Below, piece by piece: positions 50,342 through 63,900 of a stretch of DNA of 64,000 nt. Positions within the stretch are counted from its first letter, which is position 1. Each line of letters begins with the position of its first letter. Source of the stretch: Octopus sinensis (taxonomy: Eukaryota); contig NC_043002.1 of assembly GCF_006345805.1 (NCBI RefSeq), positions 82,770,001 through 82,834,000 of the forward strand, read 5' to 3'. Below the pieces are notes generated by a model that saw only the letters and a list, made by a program, of their open reading frames with translations, had not been told where the DNA came from and made no database searches. Both the position numbers and the translations under genes were made by a program.

Positions 50342-51311
50342 TTACTTATTCATGGGCACAAGTATGGCTTGAGTGGTGAAGAAGATTGCTTTGCAATTTT
50401 GAGGTCTTAAGTTTGGCTCCTCTGCATATCATCTGGAGTAAATGTCTCTATCATCACCTCAGATTGAACCAAAATTTGTGAGTGGAATTAGGTAGAGGGG
50501 AAACTATACAGAAGCCTATTGGCTGTACCATGCCATTCTGATTCTATTCAAGAATTACATTAAAAGTACATGTCTGGAATACTCAATTGCTTGCACACTT
50601 ATTCAGTGTGTAGATCATTCAGTTGATTGAACAATTAAATGCGCATCTCATATATGATGCAAGAGTCCATCATATATGAGATGAACAGTATTAACACTAT
50701 AAGTATGGTTGATTGCAAAATGGATAGTGGTATTATCAATTGGATGAATGTATTTCAGTTCATGACTTTTAAGGCTTAATGACTTTTTGTTTTTTCAAGC
50801 ACCTTACAGATAAAATAAGTGACTTCCCAAGTGATATTTTAACTTTAATCTGCTTATGTTTATTTCGGATCTTCAAACATATTGTCTGTTAACCAATTTT
50901 TAAATATTTTATTTTATTTTATCATCATCTGTTTTTGCACACAATCATGAATGGGAGAAAGTTTGTAATTCTCAGTACCTTGCCTTCTTGATGCCATTCA
51001 AATGTAGAGAATTATTGTTTTCTTTTTGTCACAGATGGAAGCAAGCAGAATTAATGTACCTTACCTAAGGCACAATATGATAGTTATAAGGTTTGAACTT
51101 GCAGAAAACAATCATTATGAATTTTATTATCAACAAACTTTTTTTTTTTTTCGCTTCAGAACGTTTGTTTTTATTTTTAAGACAATCACTTCATTACTAA
51201 GTGCCATTTCTGTAAAATCAGTTTGGTTCCTTCAATTATGACAACTCTGCAGTTTATTTTAGAAAAGGATGATATTATATTTTAATGTCGGCTCCATACT
51301 GATTAGATAAT

Positions 51312-51456
51312 ACAGTTCTTTATTTAAAAGATGAGGAATTATGTACATTATTTACATTTGATGGATATCTTGTTTGTTGTTATCACATTTCACCTGATAT
51401 ACCCTCCAGCCTTCATCAGGTGTCTTGGGGAAATTTCGAACCTGGGTTCTCGTTCC
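51312..51456 (-). mobile_element. Hammerhead-bearing family-2 element
   Basis: Minus strand reads GACAC CTGATGA AGGCTG gagggtatat CAGGT GAAAT GTG. Confidence 0.7.
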
Positions 51457-52329
51457 TGTCATAATTCTGTTATAGGCAGCAAATTGGCTCAATTGTTAAA
51501 GAATCAGATAGACTACTTCATACTATTTGCTCTGACTCACTGTGCTGTGAGTTCAGATTCTGTCACAGTCAACTTTGTTTTTCATCCTATTGGAATCAAT
51601 AATGAAAAAAACACAGCTTAGGGGAGGGTTGACACAACTACAAGAATATCCCTCTGGATAGCGTTATCTTAATTCTAATTGATATATAGTGTTCGTTGTT
51701 AATAAATACTGTCTAGCTCAATGCATTGATTTGCCTGAGGGTCTATAATGCTACTAAAGTGTCCCTGCATCTGAATGCTTTATATTCGTTCCAGCATAGG
51801 GCTGGTCTGCTTGGGAGGTTAGCTTAATCTGTTACCTGGTTTAACAGCCCCATCTGGCACCTTGGGTACCTTTAATGGAGTTGACTCAACTGCAAGCATT
51901 TGTGCCATACTTTTCCCTTTTCTCCACTATTTTTAGAGGGTCATATGCAATGCCTTCATTTTAAAGTTTTAGGATTTTTGCACAGTATGGTATGAATTAA
52001 CATTCAGCAAGGTTTCATATTTTGCCAGTTAAATTAATTACCCCAGTTATATTACGAAAATCAAAAGAAGCTCATCATCATTTTCACCATTTTCATAGCT
52101 TTAATGTATTTTACTTTCATACCAATATTGTTATTTTAAATAGTTTGTGTTACAGCATTTTCATTTGCATTGATCATGTATTGTATCTATAAGACCCCAG
52201 TGATCAGAACTCATCTAGCTACTGAATTTCTTTGGCTATACCTTTACCAATGGTATTTTCCATTATTAACATGTTATGTTTTTCATTTATCTTCCACAAT
52301 CTATTCGTTTTACATCCACATACAGTTCT

Positions 52330-52510
52330 CTTGCCTATACCAGTGTCTACCTTAGTTTTTATTTTGTAAGTTACCTCATTCCTTCCCATTTGCTGTAGTT
52401 CCTCAGCATGTTCTACTCTTGTTTCCCTACTATACAGCACCACACTTCTTATTGCCTCATATAGTCTTCCTTTCATGTAAAAAGATAAACTTGTTGTTAC
52501 CAATAGAAAT
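52330..52510 (-). mobile_element. RTE LINE fragment
   Basis: KGRLYEAIRSVVLYSRET matches the RTE motif at 7077-7301. Confidence 0.6.
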
Positions 52511-54728
52511 ACTCATTTCTTAAACACCTTGAATTTTAGCTTATATATCCTCTCTTGATTCAACATTATGCTGCTTAGGTAAAATTTATCTGCTACCTTC
52601 AATGAGCCATCAAAGAAATTCATAGCTGCACATATTTAACCCATTACTTCTGTTACGTCTAAAATTTTATTTCACTACACCTTTATTCGTGTTATTTGCT
52701 TTTGGCTATTCCTTTTTTACCAATTAAAGCCGCTTCTCTGATTCCTGTTGCTCTTGCAACTTTTGCTGATCTGTACTGTTTGCCTTGAAAATTCACCATT
52801 CCAAATCTTGAATTTATTTATTCAGATTCATCAGATTCTGCCATGAAGAGCATGTATCAGGGTGTAAGTTTTAATTGTTGTTAGTGAATAATTTTTTTAC
52901 AGTTCTATTTGGTATGGAAATAGCTGGTCAAATATTTAGGTACACTCACAGGTTCACCACTCTTGAATGTGCCATCTTGTATCCGTTTCATACGTAGTGA
53001 ATTGACAGAATCAGTAGAGTTTTGGATTGAATGCTTGCGATATTTGTTCCAATTTGTGTTCTGAATCCAAATCTAGCCAAGGTCAACTTTGTCTTTCATC
53101 CTTTTAGGGTTAATAAAACAGTCCCAATCCAGGGCAATGGATTGGCAGAACTGTTAGACAATTGGGTAAGATGCTTTGCAGTATCTGTTCCAGCTCTTTG
53201 CAGTCTAACAGCAATGCCTGAACCAACACTGGTACCAAGTTTTATCAGCCCAAGTCAGCAGCCTTTCCTTTGGATGAACATTTGTAACATAAGTGCATAT
53301 ATATAAGACTTAATTGCATACTTAACTGCTAATTTCCTTAAAACATATCCTGCTCTTAACTGCATATACATGTAAAAATGTACAGGCAACTTTGACAGAT
53401 GGAGCCCCTACCCCTGCTTCAAGGTCACTCTCTGCATTTTGTTATTCAGTGGTTTGTGTTCAGTATTTCCTTTATTTTAATTCTCTATGTTTGTATATAG
53501 GCATAGGGTTGGCTATGTAGTTAAAAAGTTCACTTTGCAACCATAAGGTTTTGGGTTTGGTAACATTGCATAGCATCATGGACGAAGTGTCTTCTATTAT
53601 AGCTTTGTCTGTGAAATTAGGTAAATGGAAACTACAGATATCCAGTGTGTGTGCATGCGTGTGCACATTTGTATCTTTGCATTGGCGTCATTTGGGCATC
53701 AGTGACATTTGTTTTGTTTTTTCCTGAATGAACAATACATTCTGCAACTCAGCAGTTCAATAAGTTGTTTATGCTAGTGGAATGTTGTACCTTAATGCAA
53801 ACAAGTAAGGGTTAGCATCAGGAAAGGTATCTGACCATAGAATGCTAACTCAACAAGTCTCAACCACCCCATCCCCCACAAAAAAAACAACAAATAGAAA
53901 AAGTGGATGTAAAAAAAATCAAGATATGTTTGTATATAGAATATATTTATAAGTAATCTGTCTATTCATGCATATCTGGCTAAACCTTGGCTCCAGGTAC
54001 AAAATCAGTCAGTAACTTACAGTGACCTATCTAATAGGAATGCTAACCTGTCTTATCTACATAATCAGTTGTCCTTTTAGATTTTCCTATACTCTTGTTT
54101 GTGTTATAGAGTTCTGCAAACATCATGATGTCATCATTTCCTTTTGCAATCGTTGCTTTAGCTTTGTAGCCTTAGTTCTATGCCTATCATTGAATGCATC
54201 CATCTTACACTTTCTAAAATTTTGATTCTATTGATTTGTGACAGAAGAATGTTCTGTTTATTAATTAAGTTAATGATCAGATTTATTAGCTTATCTCACT
54301 CATTTGTGAACCAAGTGATCCTTATCGACATGCTTGAAGGGTGAAAATGCATCAACAGATCTTAAATTCAATATTTGCGTTACACTTTTGTCAATTTCAC
54401 TGTTTCAATCAGGAGGGTTTTCTATACACCAAGATCTTACACTATGTTCTTTTTTATTAAAACACTTTAATTTGATATCAAGCTTTTGATTTCTATTTCT
54501 ATGAAATTAAATATTATTTTAAACTTTTTTTAATAATCTGTTTATTTTCCCTGAAGAGAAGAAAATGTACTTAAGTTTCATAACCATATGAAATATTTGT
54601 TAAAAATATGTTTGCCTTAACTTTTTTTTTTACCTGAGAAAAGCTTAGGCTAAATAACAAATTCTTTATACCATGACATTTTTTTTTTGGCTATGGGTTG
54701 GACAATTTGTTGCTACTATTTTCAACAG

Positions 54729-54872
54729 AAATTCCGTACAAGGCAACGCCAGTTTTTCGTTTACAAATCTAACTTGTCCTCCTCTGCCACTCGAAGTGAA
54801 AAGAACAAGCAAGTTCCCTCTAACAATGCTGCTGCTGGTATTGGTAGGGCCTTCGTATTACGTACACGGGCG
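54729..54872 (+). other. Candidate in-frame cassette exon in DNAJB12 intron 6
   Basis: TTTTCAACAG acceptor, GCG|GTAAGC donor, 144 nt, open in phase 0, 8 CpGs. No recognisable homology. Confidence 0.35.
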
Positions 54873-55911
54873 GTAAGCATTTTGTACTAGATAAGAGGGG
54901 ACTTTTCTATCAAAGAAAATGTTTTATTTTTTTGGTTTGATATTTGATAAAGATTCTCTCTCTCTTCTAGTATTCAAACTGGAATGCCACTTGTTTTTTT
55001 GCATGTTGTTATCGCTGTTTGCTTAAATATATATGTAACATCTTTGTACAGTTCTAAGAAATTGAAACACTCTTTTAAGGATTTAGCAAAATTCAACATA
55101 TTCCAACGTATTCATTTGATTTCTATGATTGGCATTTCAAATTTTATTGCGGATTACATATAAAACAATTTATGTGCTCATATTATATAACATTTTTCTT
55201 GAAGTTTTAGATAACTTTATTCAAATTATTTTTTTCAATGGTTATATTTATACATCTACATTAACAAGATTATATAGTAAAAATTATGACTAATTTAGCT
55301 TTTTGAACAAAACTTTTGTCAAACATGTATACTTTTCCCTGCTCAACTTTAGATTCAATACTCTTTTGTTTATATTTATATATTCATGATAAATTTCTGT
55401 ATATAGAAAATTAAATATTTGTTATTTACTTACTTTCATAAAATGACATTATTATACTGTTCAACTGAAAGTCATGACCTTGTTTATTCAAGTGTCACTC
55501 ATTTATATGAATTAAATACATGGAAGACTGTAACCTATATTTGATATTTAGTGTCAGTATCAAATACAATAGTTTATTTCCACTACTTTCAGATTAGCAA
55601 GGGCTTGTATGAGCTTGGGTGCATGTGAAAGAGAGAGGTGGGAGGTATTTGAAGCAGCATTCTATTTCTAAAATTACACCAGTTGTAAAATATGCTACCT
55701 TTTTGAGATTACTCTTCACCTTCTGTCACTTGCTGCTACTTTCTCTATCAAACTCTACTCTTTAGTGCATTCGTCTTTTTTTCGTCAGACCCATAGTCAT
55801 ATCAGGCATTAGCAATTCTTTCTTGAATTTTTTGTTGAAGGAAGTTAAGTTTCACACTTGTAAGAAATAGAAAAATATATTGTCTTAATTTATCTGTATA
55901 TAATTTTTAAT

Positions 55912-56270
55912 GAGTGGCTGTGTGGTAAGTAGCTTGCTCACCAACCACATGGTTCCGGGTTCAGTCCCACTGCATGGCATCTTGGGCAAGTGTCTTCTAC
56001 TATAGCCTCGGGCCAAGCAAAGCCTTGTGAGTGGATTTGGTAGACGATTTGTTGTATATATAAATGTGTGTGTGTGTGTGTGTGTGTTTCTCCCCCCAAC
56101 ATCGCTTGACAACTGATGCTGGTGTGTTTACATCCCTGTCACTTAGCGGTTCGGCAAAAGAGACCGATAGAATAAGTACTAGGCTTACAAAGAATAAGTC
56201 TTAGGATCAATTTGCTCGACTAAAGGTGGTGGTCTAGCTTGGCCGCAGTCAAATGACTGAAACAAATAAA
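55912..56270 (+). mobile_element. SINE family A, well-preserved full-length copy
   Basis: A box TGGCTGTGTGG, B box GGTTCAGTCCC, central (TG)n, tail GACTGAAACAAATAAAAAAA. Confidence 0.9.
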
Positions 56271-57394
56271 AAAAGGAAAAAAAAAAACCCTCTGACGTTT
56301 AAACAGGCCATATTGTGTTTTATGTTCAGACCTGCCAGATCCACTCTCTTGAACCTATCCCAGAATATCATTAAAAAAATAGACAATTGCATCAAGTGAT
56401 TAATTCAAAACAATGTGAATAAATAAGCATTACATTTGACAGTAAAATAAATGCTAAAGATTTAAGGAGTGCTTTTAACCCACCCTCACCCCACCCCAAA
56501 AGGTATGCTTAAATTGTGAAGCTTATATAAGCCACATTATGATTGCCCTGTTAATAATGCTCTTTGTGCATACATCACAAAAAAATATATACAATTGTTT
56601 TGTTAATATTAAGTAGCAAGGTATTTTAGATAAATGTTTAGTTCTAACAGTTCTTTTGAATGTTTAATATTTTATTATGACTTTTGTCTACTTATTATAT
56701 GAAATAACAGTAATTAGTGTTGTTGATGCTTCACAAACTAAACTTTCATTAATATAGGATATGCAACCTACTCTTGTGATTAAATATTAATTCCACATTT
56801 TGGTGATAGGACCATTGTGAAAACCTATTATATCAACCTTTTCTTGTAACTGATTCTAATGAGTTTGTAAGATTGGTACATCACTTGTAGCTATTGCAAT
56901 CATAATTTTTTTGTTTCTTGCTTTGACTTGCCTTAACTCGTTATAGTTTAATTTGATGCACTTGTAAAATCTATTAGTTGTTCTTCTCGACATTGATTTT
57001 GTTTATTTCTTTTGTCATTTTATCTGGTTTAAAAAGTTAAAAAGAGCTTTAGGAATATTAGTTTACATTCTTCTTGTCCTAGTGTACTTTTGGAAAAAAA
57101 AATGTAAGTCTAAATTTTAATATTATGAAATTAAAAAAGAATAAACTACTTTTTTTATAAAAAGAGATTAATATTGTTTCCCTCTTACAGCAGAAATGCT
57201 AAACTAAAATGGCTAAGTGTTTGGTTAACTGTTACACAATTAATACATAAATTCAAACGTTTTTACTGGATTAGTTCATTCACTTAAATAAGACATAGAC
57301 TTTGGAGAATAATTGCCACATTAATCTTTAAAAAGGTGGCATTAGGCAAAGCATTCCGTTGACTAATGCTAGCTTTGTGAATTTCTTACAAACA

Positions 57395-57800
57395 ATTCAT
57401 AAATTAATCTATCTCTTATGCCAACTATGTAGCATAGGCCATCAATGGTGTTTCTCCACTGTTCCCAACTCAGGGTTGCCTTTACTGTTCTGTTTCTCTC
57501 CAGTTGGATCCATTTTCTTTGCTGCTTCCTTCCGAATTTTGCTGCATTTTCCATGTTTCCCTGTGGTAGTGACTTCTCCCATGTCTTGGTTTTGGATTGA
57601 CATCAGTGCTTCTGTAACTTTGCTTGTTTCTAGGTAGGTCTGTTGGCCCTATGCAAACCCATTCTTACCTCTGGGAAGAATTAGTTCACAAATATGGCTT
57701 TTGTCTTTTGACCTGTCCATTTTGGGACACCTTATGAGGAGCTTGCACTTCACTAGCATAGCTCTCAATGTCATTGAGACACACAAGCCACCACACTTCA
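57395..57800 (-). mobile_element. Short bipartite RTE-derived element, copy 2
   Basis: Minus strand has an RTE-like 5' UTR (GTGTCTCAATGA..GAGCTATG..GGACAGGTC) joined to an ORF2 end (ATLSW..WRNTIDGLC). Confidence 0.6.
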
Positions 57801-60651
57801 GCAAGGACTGAACCTTGTGATGTTAAATCTATAAAACTTTCTCATTGACATAGAAAAGTAGGTGTAAAAAAACATTATAAATATCTTTCGTCAACTGTGA
57901 GCTAGCAAACTACAATAGAGTTGAGAATAATGATTGGCATAGCATTCTTGATGAGATACATCTAAGAGCTCTTGTAGTTCAGATATTGAAAGAAAATTTC
58001 TAATGTGGAGAATTGATCACTACCAAACCAACACAATTTTTTGTAAAATATTGTAATATTTGAGACTGTCGCTTACTGTCATTGTGAAGTATTAGGTTCA
58101 TTACCATCATTTTATTGACTTATTTTACATATATATAACGAAATATGGGTTTTTTTTTTCCCTTGCAATTTTGTTGATTGGCTTTTCATTGTGTATGAGG
58201 CAAATTGGTTAAATTTTTGAAGCATCCAGTAGATTTCTTTGCAGTAATTGTTCTGGCTCTCCATGTCCCATGGTTAGATACTGCTGGGGTTGATTTTGCC
58301 TTCCATCCTTTTGGAGTCAATAGATAAAGCACCTGAACTGTAGTATTGGGTTAGTTCTTTTTCTTTCTGTGTTGCATTCTGATAGAAATTAGCTGTATTC
58401 AGACTAAGAGAGGGATGGACTCCACCAGGTTTGAAGATGCCCAAGACATATGTTATGGTGGTGCTTCTGTGACTCCATCAGAAGTTGAGATGACAAGACA
58501 TTCACTCACACACACAGGTGCACATCCTTGTGCTTAAGACGATCATTCTGTATTTCATAGTTCTGGGTTTCATCCCATAGTGCAGCACTGGAGGCAAAAA
58601 GTTTCTATCATAGCCTCAGGTCATCCTTGCTTTGAGAATTAATTGGTTAGATAACTGTATGGAAGCTTGTTGAATAGAGTATAATTCAATGACCTAGTCA
58701 TGTCATACAGTATCATACCAATTATGTTGATGGTTAAGCATCTTTTCCCAAGTGAAATTTTCAATCACCAATGTTCAAATTCATCAAATAGATGCTGTTG
58801 ATCAGTATATATTTGATGAATGTTGATCAGCATATATTTGATGCATCAAAATCAATAAAAGAATGCATTATGCAGAGTAATTTATTGTCTGTATCCTAAA
58901 CAGCAAGAATTGACTGCAATACTCCATATTCTTTGGACATTTAAAATATTGTTTGTTAAGAGTGGTTGCATGTATCATGTGGTTTCAGCAGATTTTTCTC
59001 TGCCTAGCTGGTATTCTGTATTTTAATTATTGAGATATTGTTCTGTTTTGCTAATCAACTAATAACTGTTTAGTTTTGACTTATTTTAAAATAGTGGAAT
59101 AATTAAATTGCTTTGTTTACTATTGTTTTTGCACTGTTTTCTAACTATACTTGAAAACATTATATTCCCAATAAATACTTTCTTTGTCCCCCCCACCCCC
59201 ACCTTTTTTAAACTCTGTCATGTTTAACCCTTTAAATACCTATTTACAACTTCCTGTGACCCTCTATCAACCTGCTTAAAACCACCATTATCAAAGTATT
59301 TATATTTAAATTTAATCTCAAAATTTAAATATACAAACACTAACCCAGAATGTAGCTTCCATGATGATTTTTATGTAAGATCTTTTTGCTAAATTCTATT
59401 CCAAATCCAAATTAATATATTAAGGAATGAAAACTTACAAAATGGACGGTTATTTTTCTACTCTTCTCCCAAGCTTTTATTTTGAAAACTAAGTGAAACA
59501 ACATTGTTAATAAAGCCCATTATTAGAATGGGTTGGATGGGTCTGTGTCCACTACACTATCTTACTACTTGTCATTGTCCATCGTCATTTATTCACAACA
59601 AAGAGTATGTCTTTCTTTGGCATGGTTTTTATAACTGAGTATATCTATCACAAATCAATTTAGTACATGGACTAGATACATTTGTGTGGTTGGTACTTCA
59701 GAGGACGTTTTATCCTCTTCTTTTTTTATATAGTCATGTTTTTTTTTGGTGTGTGTGTGGGGGTTAATACCTTTCATCGTCATTATTTTATATCCACTTT
59801 CCATACAGACATTGGTTGGACTGAGCCAAACTGCCAAGCTGTGCACACGTTCACAGTGTGAATTTACTGGGCTTTATTCATAATTTTTACATCATCGGTC
59901 AATGACATAAATCCATCAAGTTCCATTCAGTCTGTTATCAAGTATTCATTAGTTTGGGGAAGCGAGAGGGAATAGAGATTTGAAGTAGTGATTCTTAATC
60001 TGATGTGAAATCTTTGATAATAGTTAATATAAACCAGGTTAGTAGAGCAATGTTATTATTTGGATTATCACTGTGAACAACATAACATTTCGATGGAGCT
60101 CATTAACTTTCTTGACATTTATTACTGACTGAGCTAATTTATTGGCCAGTTTATTGGTTAATATTTAGTTTCGTTATCAGTGAATTCTCTGTTGATGCTG
60201 CTGCTGCTGATGATGAAGATAATGGACAGTATTTTACTTCTCTCTTTCTTTCTCTCTCTCTATCAAGGGAGACAGATCACATAAATAGATACACACACAC
60301 ACACACATTAATGTTTGTTTTTATGCTATAATAAAAATAATTTTACATTAAGCTGAAAGGCTACACAATACATTTGGTAGAGTACAAATGCATTATTCTT
60401 TAACAAGAATAGTATTGACAGTGACATATTATCATTGTTTAACGTCCATCTTCCATGCATGGGTAGGATAGAAAAACTACCCTATGCTATTGTGTCAGTT
60501 TTGGCAGGGTTTTTACGGCTGAATGCCCTTCCTAACACCAACCACTACACAGAGTGGACTCAATGCATTTTACATGGCACTAGCACAGGTGAGATGGTTT
60601 TGACATGGTTTTTACAGATGGATGCCCTTCCAAATGCCAAACACTTTACGT

Positions 60652-60955
60652 GAATGACCATGGATTGCACCTAGAAAGTTACCTTCTGAGGCGCAAGTCT
60701 GGGCAAGTTGTTTATAAAAGACCAGAAGTCACCGATGCATACCAGCCTCCCCTCTCCATGCCACCAATGTTATCCAAGGGAAAGGCAATGACCGATACAG
60801 CTTGGCACCAGTGACGTCACAACTCATTTCTACAGATGAGTGAACTGGAGCAACGTGAAATAAAATATCTTGCTCAAGAGCACAATGCACAGCTGGGTCA
60901 AGAAATGGAACTAACTACCTCATGATTGTGAGCCTGACACTCTATCCATTGAGCA
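60652..60955 (-). mobile_element. SINE family C
   Basis: Reverse match to 5498-5812. Confidence 0.8.
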
Positions 60956-63900
60956 CACACTCATACATATCTGATGGGTTTCCACACAGTTTCCATATAA
61001 CAATTTTACTCACAAGGCATTGGCCACCCCAAGGCTATATAGTAGAAGACACTTGCTCAAGGTACCATGCAGTAAATCCACACCTGAATCATGTGGTTAC
61101 AAAGCAAACATCCTAACTTGCTGCTGTGCCTGTGCTGTATATTTTAACGTTGCTATTATTTTCTCTCTTTCTTTTATTAGATATGTATGCTGCCATTTTA
61201 TTTAGCCCTATTTCAGTACAAATCTATTATCAAAAGTTTTGAAGTCATGATCATTCCATTTTTTTGAAGCTTTACTGTAACTTAGACTACATTATCTTAT
61301 GTCTTTCTCCCTTTTTAAAACAGAGGAAGATTAGGTTGCTATTTCTATCAGGTTGCATAACCTTGTAGATGCTCTGTCATTGATTCATTTTAGTGGTGGT
61401 TATGTGAGCCCTAATGTGGCTAATCTATAATCAAAGATATTGAAACTGTGACTATCTTGTCATTTTAGGAGTATCTAGGACATTATCTAATGTAATCTTT
61501 CTTTTTTTAATACAGTAAGGTGTCATTTGACAAGTTTTGGCTGCTATTTCTTACAGATTAAATGAATATGTAGTTTCCCTCACTGATTAGAAATATAGAT
61601 GTTGGAAGTACTGGCATAAGTGGTTTTAGTCAATTCAGAAGTTTTTCTATACCTTATAAATCACTGCCATATTTTCTTATTTTAACCAGTTTTTGTTCAT
61701 GAGTTCTTGTGAGATATTTATTGTATTTTTGCTTTGATTATTGTCAGGTTTCCTCGGGGCAGTGCCATTCTATCAATCCCCTACTCTGGGTTGTGACTTT
61801 TTTTATTGGCCCTAAAGAAACAAAAGGCAAAGTTGAGCTCTGCAGAATTTGAACTTAGAGATTCAGAGCAAAACTCACAAATCATTTTGTTTGATGCATT
61901 AACCTGCATTGAAGCAGAACTTTTTTTTTTATGCATCCTAACTTTTTTTTAAATCACTCTACCACTATTTATTGGCGAAACATAAAGATTGAGCAAACAA
62001 TAAATAATTAGTTTGTACTGGTGATTTTCAGTTAGCATATGTAAAGTTCAAAAGTTGTTTCATGAACCTCATGGAATCAACTTGTCTTGTACTTCAGTTT
62101 TCTATAGTGTTAAAGAACCTTGTATTAGGTGCCTGTCTATGGGTAGTAACTTCTTCAGAGACCTGGCATTTATTCCCAGAGAATTTTCCAATAATTTCTC
62201 TTAGGTATCATGCTATTTTTTCCTGTCTTTGAATATTTTCTCAATCAAGTAAATTATGTCTTTCATTTTACAGAGCCTTATTTCTTTGAGGAGGTGAGAG
62301 GTGGGAATCCATGTAATATATTAACTATTGGTACATGAATTAACTATTTAGCTTCTAAAATTAGATTAATAGATCGATCTTAAATTATTTACAGTCATCA
62401 ACATGGAACATTTTATATATACACCAAATCTTTCATTTACTAATCTGTTTGCGTTAACCAATTCTTTCTCTATATTGCTTGTCATATTTCTAGTATGCAT
62501 GCTTTGATTTAATTAATTTCAAATTGACATTGTATTGTCATTATATATTTACTTTTGGGTCACATGGAAATTTTTGAAAACTTGTTTAGAATGTAACTAG
62601 ACTTAGTAAATGAATTAAAATTAATTAAGCAGCCAGTTTGGTTGTTACTACTACATATGAAACACTTTGATGAACATGATTATTTAGTTCATATAATTTA
62701 ATTTTAAATAATTTTATGGATTATTTAAAACTGCCATGCTAAAATATTTGAAACTTTAGAAAATATAACACATCTATTTTGGTCAGTTATACTTTTTGAT
62801 ATATCTTTTAAAATTTTCAAAGTTGATTTGAAATATTTGACTCACTAGATAGTGCATTTGGTTCAAATTACAAGATAGTTTCATCAATATGTGATAATGA
62901 AATGTTTCAATTTGTCCAAAGAGAAAGCTGTCAAACTAACATATGACCATATGTAAACCTTTCTCAGTGAACTTTTTTATTAAACAAGTCAACAAAAGGT
63001 CTTTGATTAAGTTATCCACTGCAATGAAATCTTCAATCAAATCCCTACTGATTTAATTCCTTGTCTATTGGGCAATACTCTCATACTCCTAAAATAAACA
63101 TGCTAATAATGGTTTAGGGATAGAATCCTAGTCCAGTTTATATAATTGGTAAAATGATTAATTGCTAGCTCACAATTCTGAACTTCAGCCTTCTACAGTT
63201 CATTTAATCTTTTCAACCATTTGAGTTTCATAAAATAAACATTACTATAAGCATTTACATAAAACATTAGTGAATAAAGTATAGACTATGTACAGTGCAT
63301 TGCACTGCTATGTCCAAAGTAAATATTTGGTGATTCTATACTAGATACCTGGTGGTTAGAAAATTATTATGACAGAATTGGGAGTATTTCTAAATGGTTA
63401 GCAGATGATTATTATTTGTTACCTGGGGAGGGTAGGCATTACTGTTTGAGAGTTGACTAGGGACAACAATATGAGTTAGTCTAGACCAGCATTTCCTTAC
63501 CAGGCTTTCCTTGAGAGATAGCCTAGGGATTCCTCAAGAAAACTGAAAAATAGGTTAATTCTTTATTCATGATTTTATTGTATATGCACAATATACTCCC
63601 TAAGATAGGAAAATTCTGACATCTGTTGGTAGTGACCTCTTAACAAAGGAATTGTTGGGGAATTTGGCCTAATTATAGTCTTGGTTAAGATGTAATGTCT
63701 CACACCTTCTTTGTGACCTCTTTCATAGTTTATGATTTGTTGAATACATTCTAAAATTTAATTTTACTTATCTTTTTCTTTCTCATCTGTAAAGATATAT
63801 GAAAATTTTTTAGAAAAGTTCTGACACTTGGAAAGTATTTCAAAGTTTAGGAAGTCTAGGTTGTAACAAAATAAAATCAATACGTTTAGAAAAGCAGGCT

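Noticed and set aside
52800-52840. CTGATGA followed by a hairpin on the minus strand
   Set aside because: No GAAA, stem III or stem I follows. CTGATGA hits near 30690, 37757 and 44219 were rejected for the same reason.
54673-54876. Alternative frame with hydrophobic LTMLLLVLVGP considered as the missing TM exon
   Set aside because: Wrong phase relative to exon 6, and no DNAJB12/14 TM-region motif.
55912-55990. tRNA-like A/B boxes here and in many other copies
   Set aside because: These are SINE heads with no cloverleaf or acceptor stem, so they are not tRNA genes.
58796-58845. Roughly 24-bp tandem duplication (TGTTGATCAG.ATATATTTGATG)
   Set aside because: Two copies only, consistent with ordinary local slippage.
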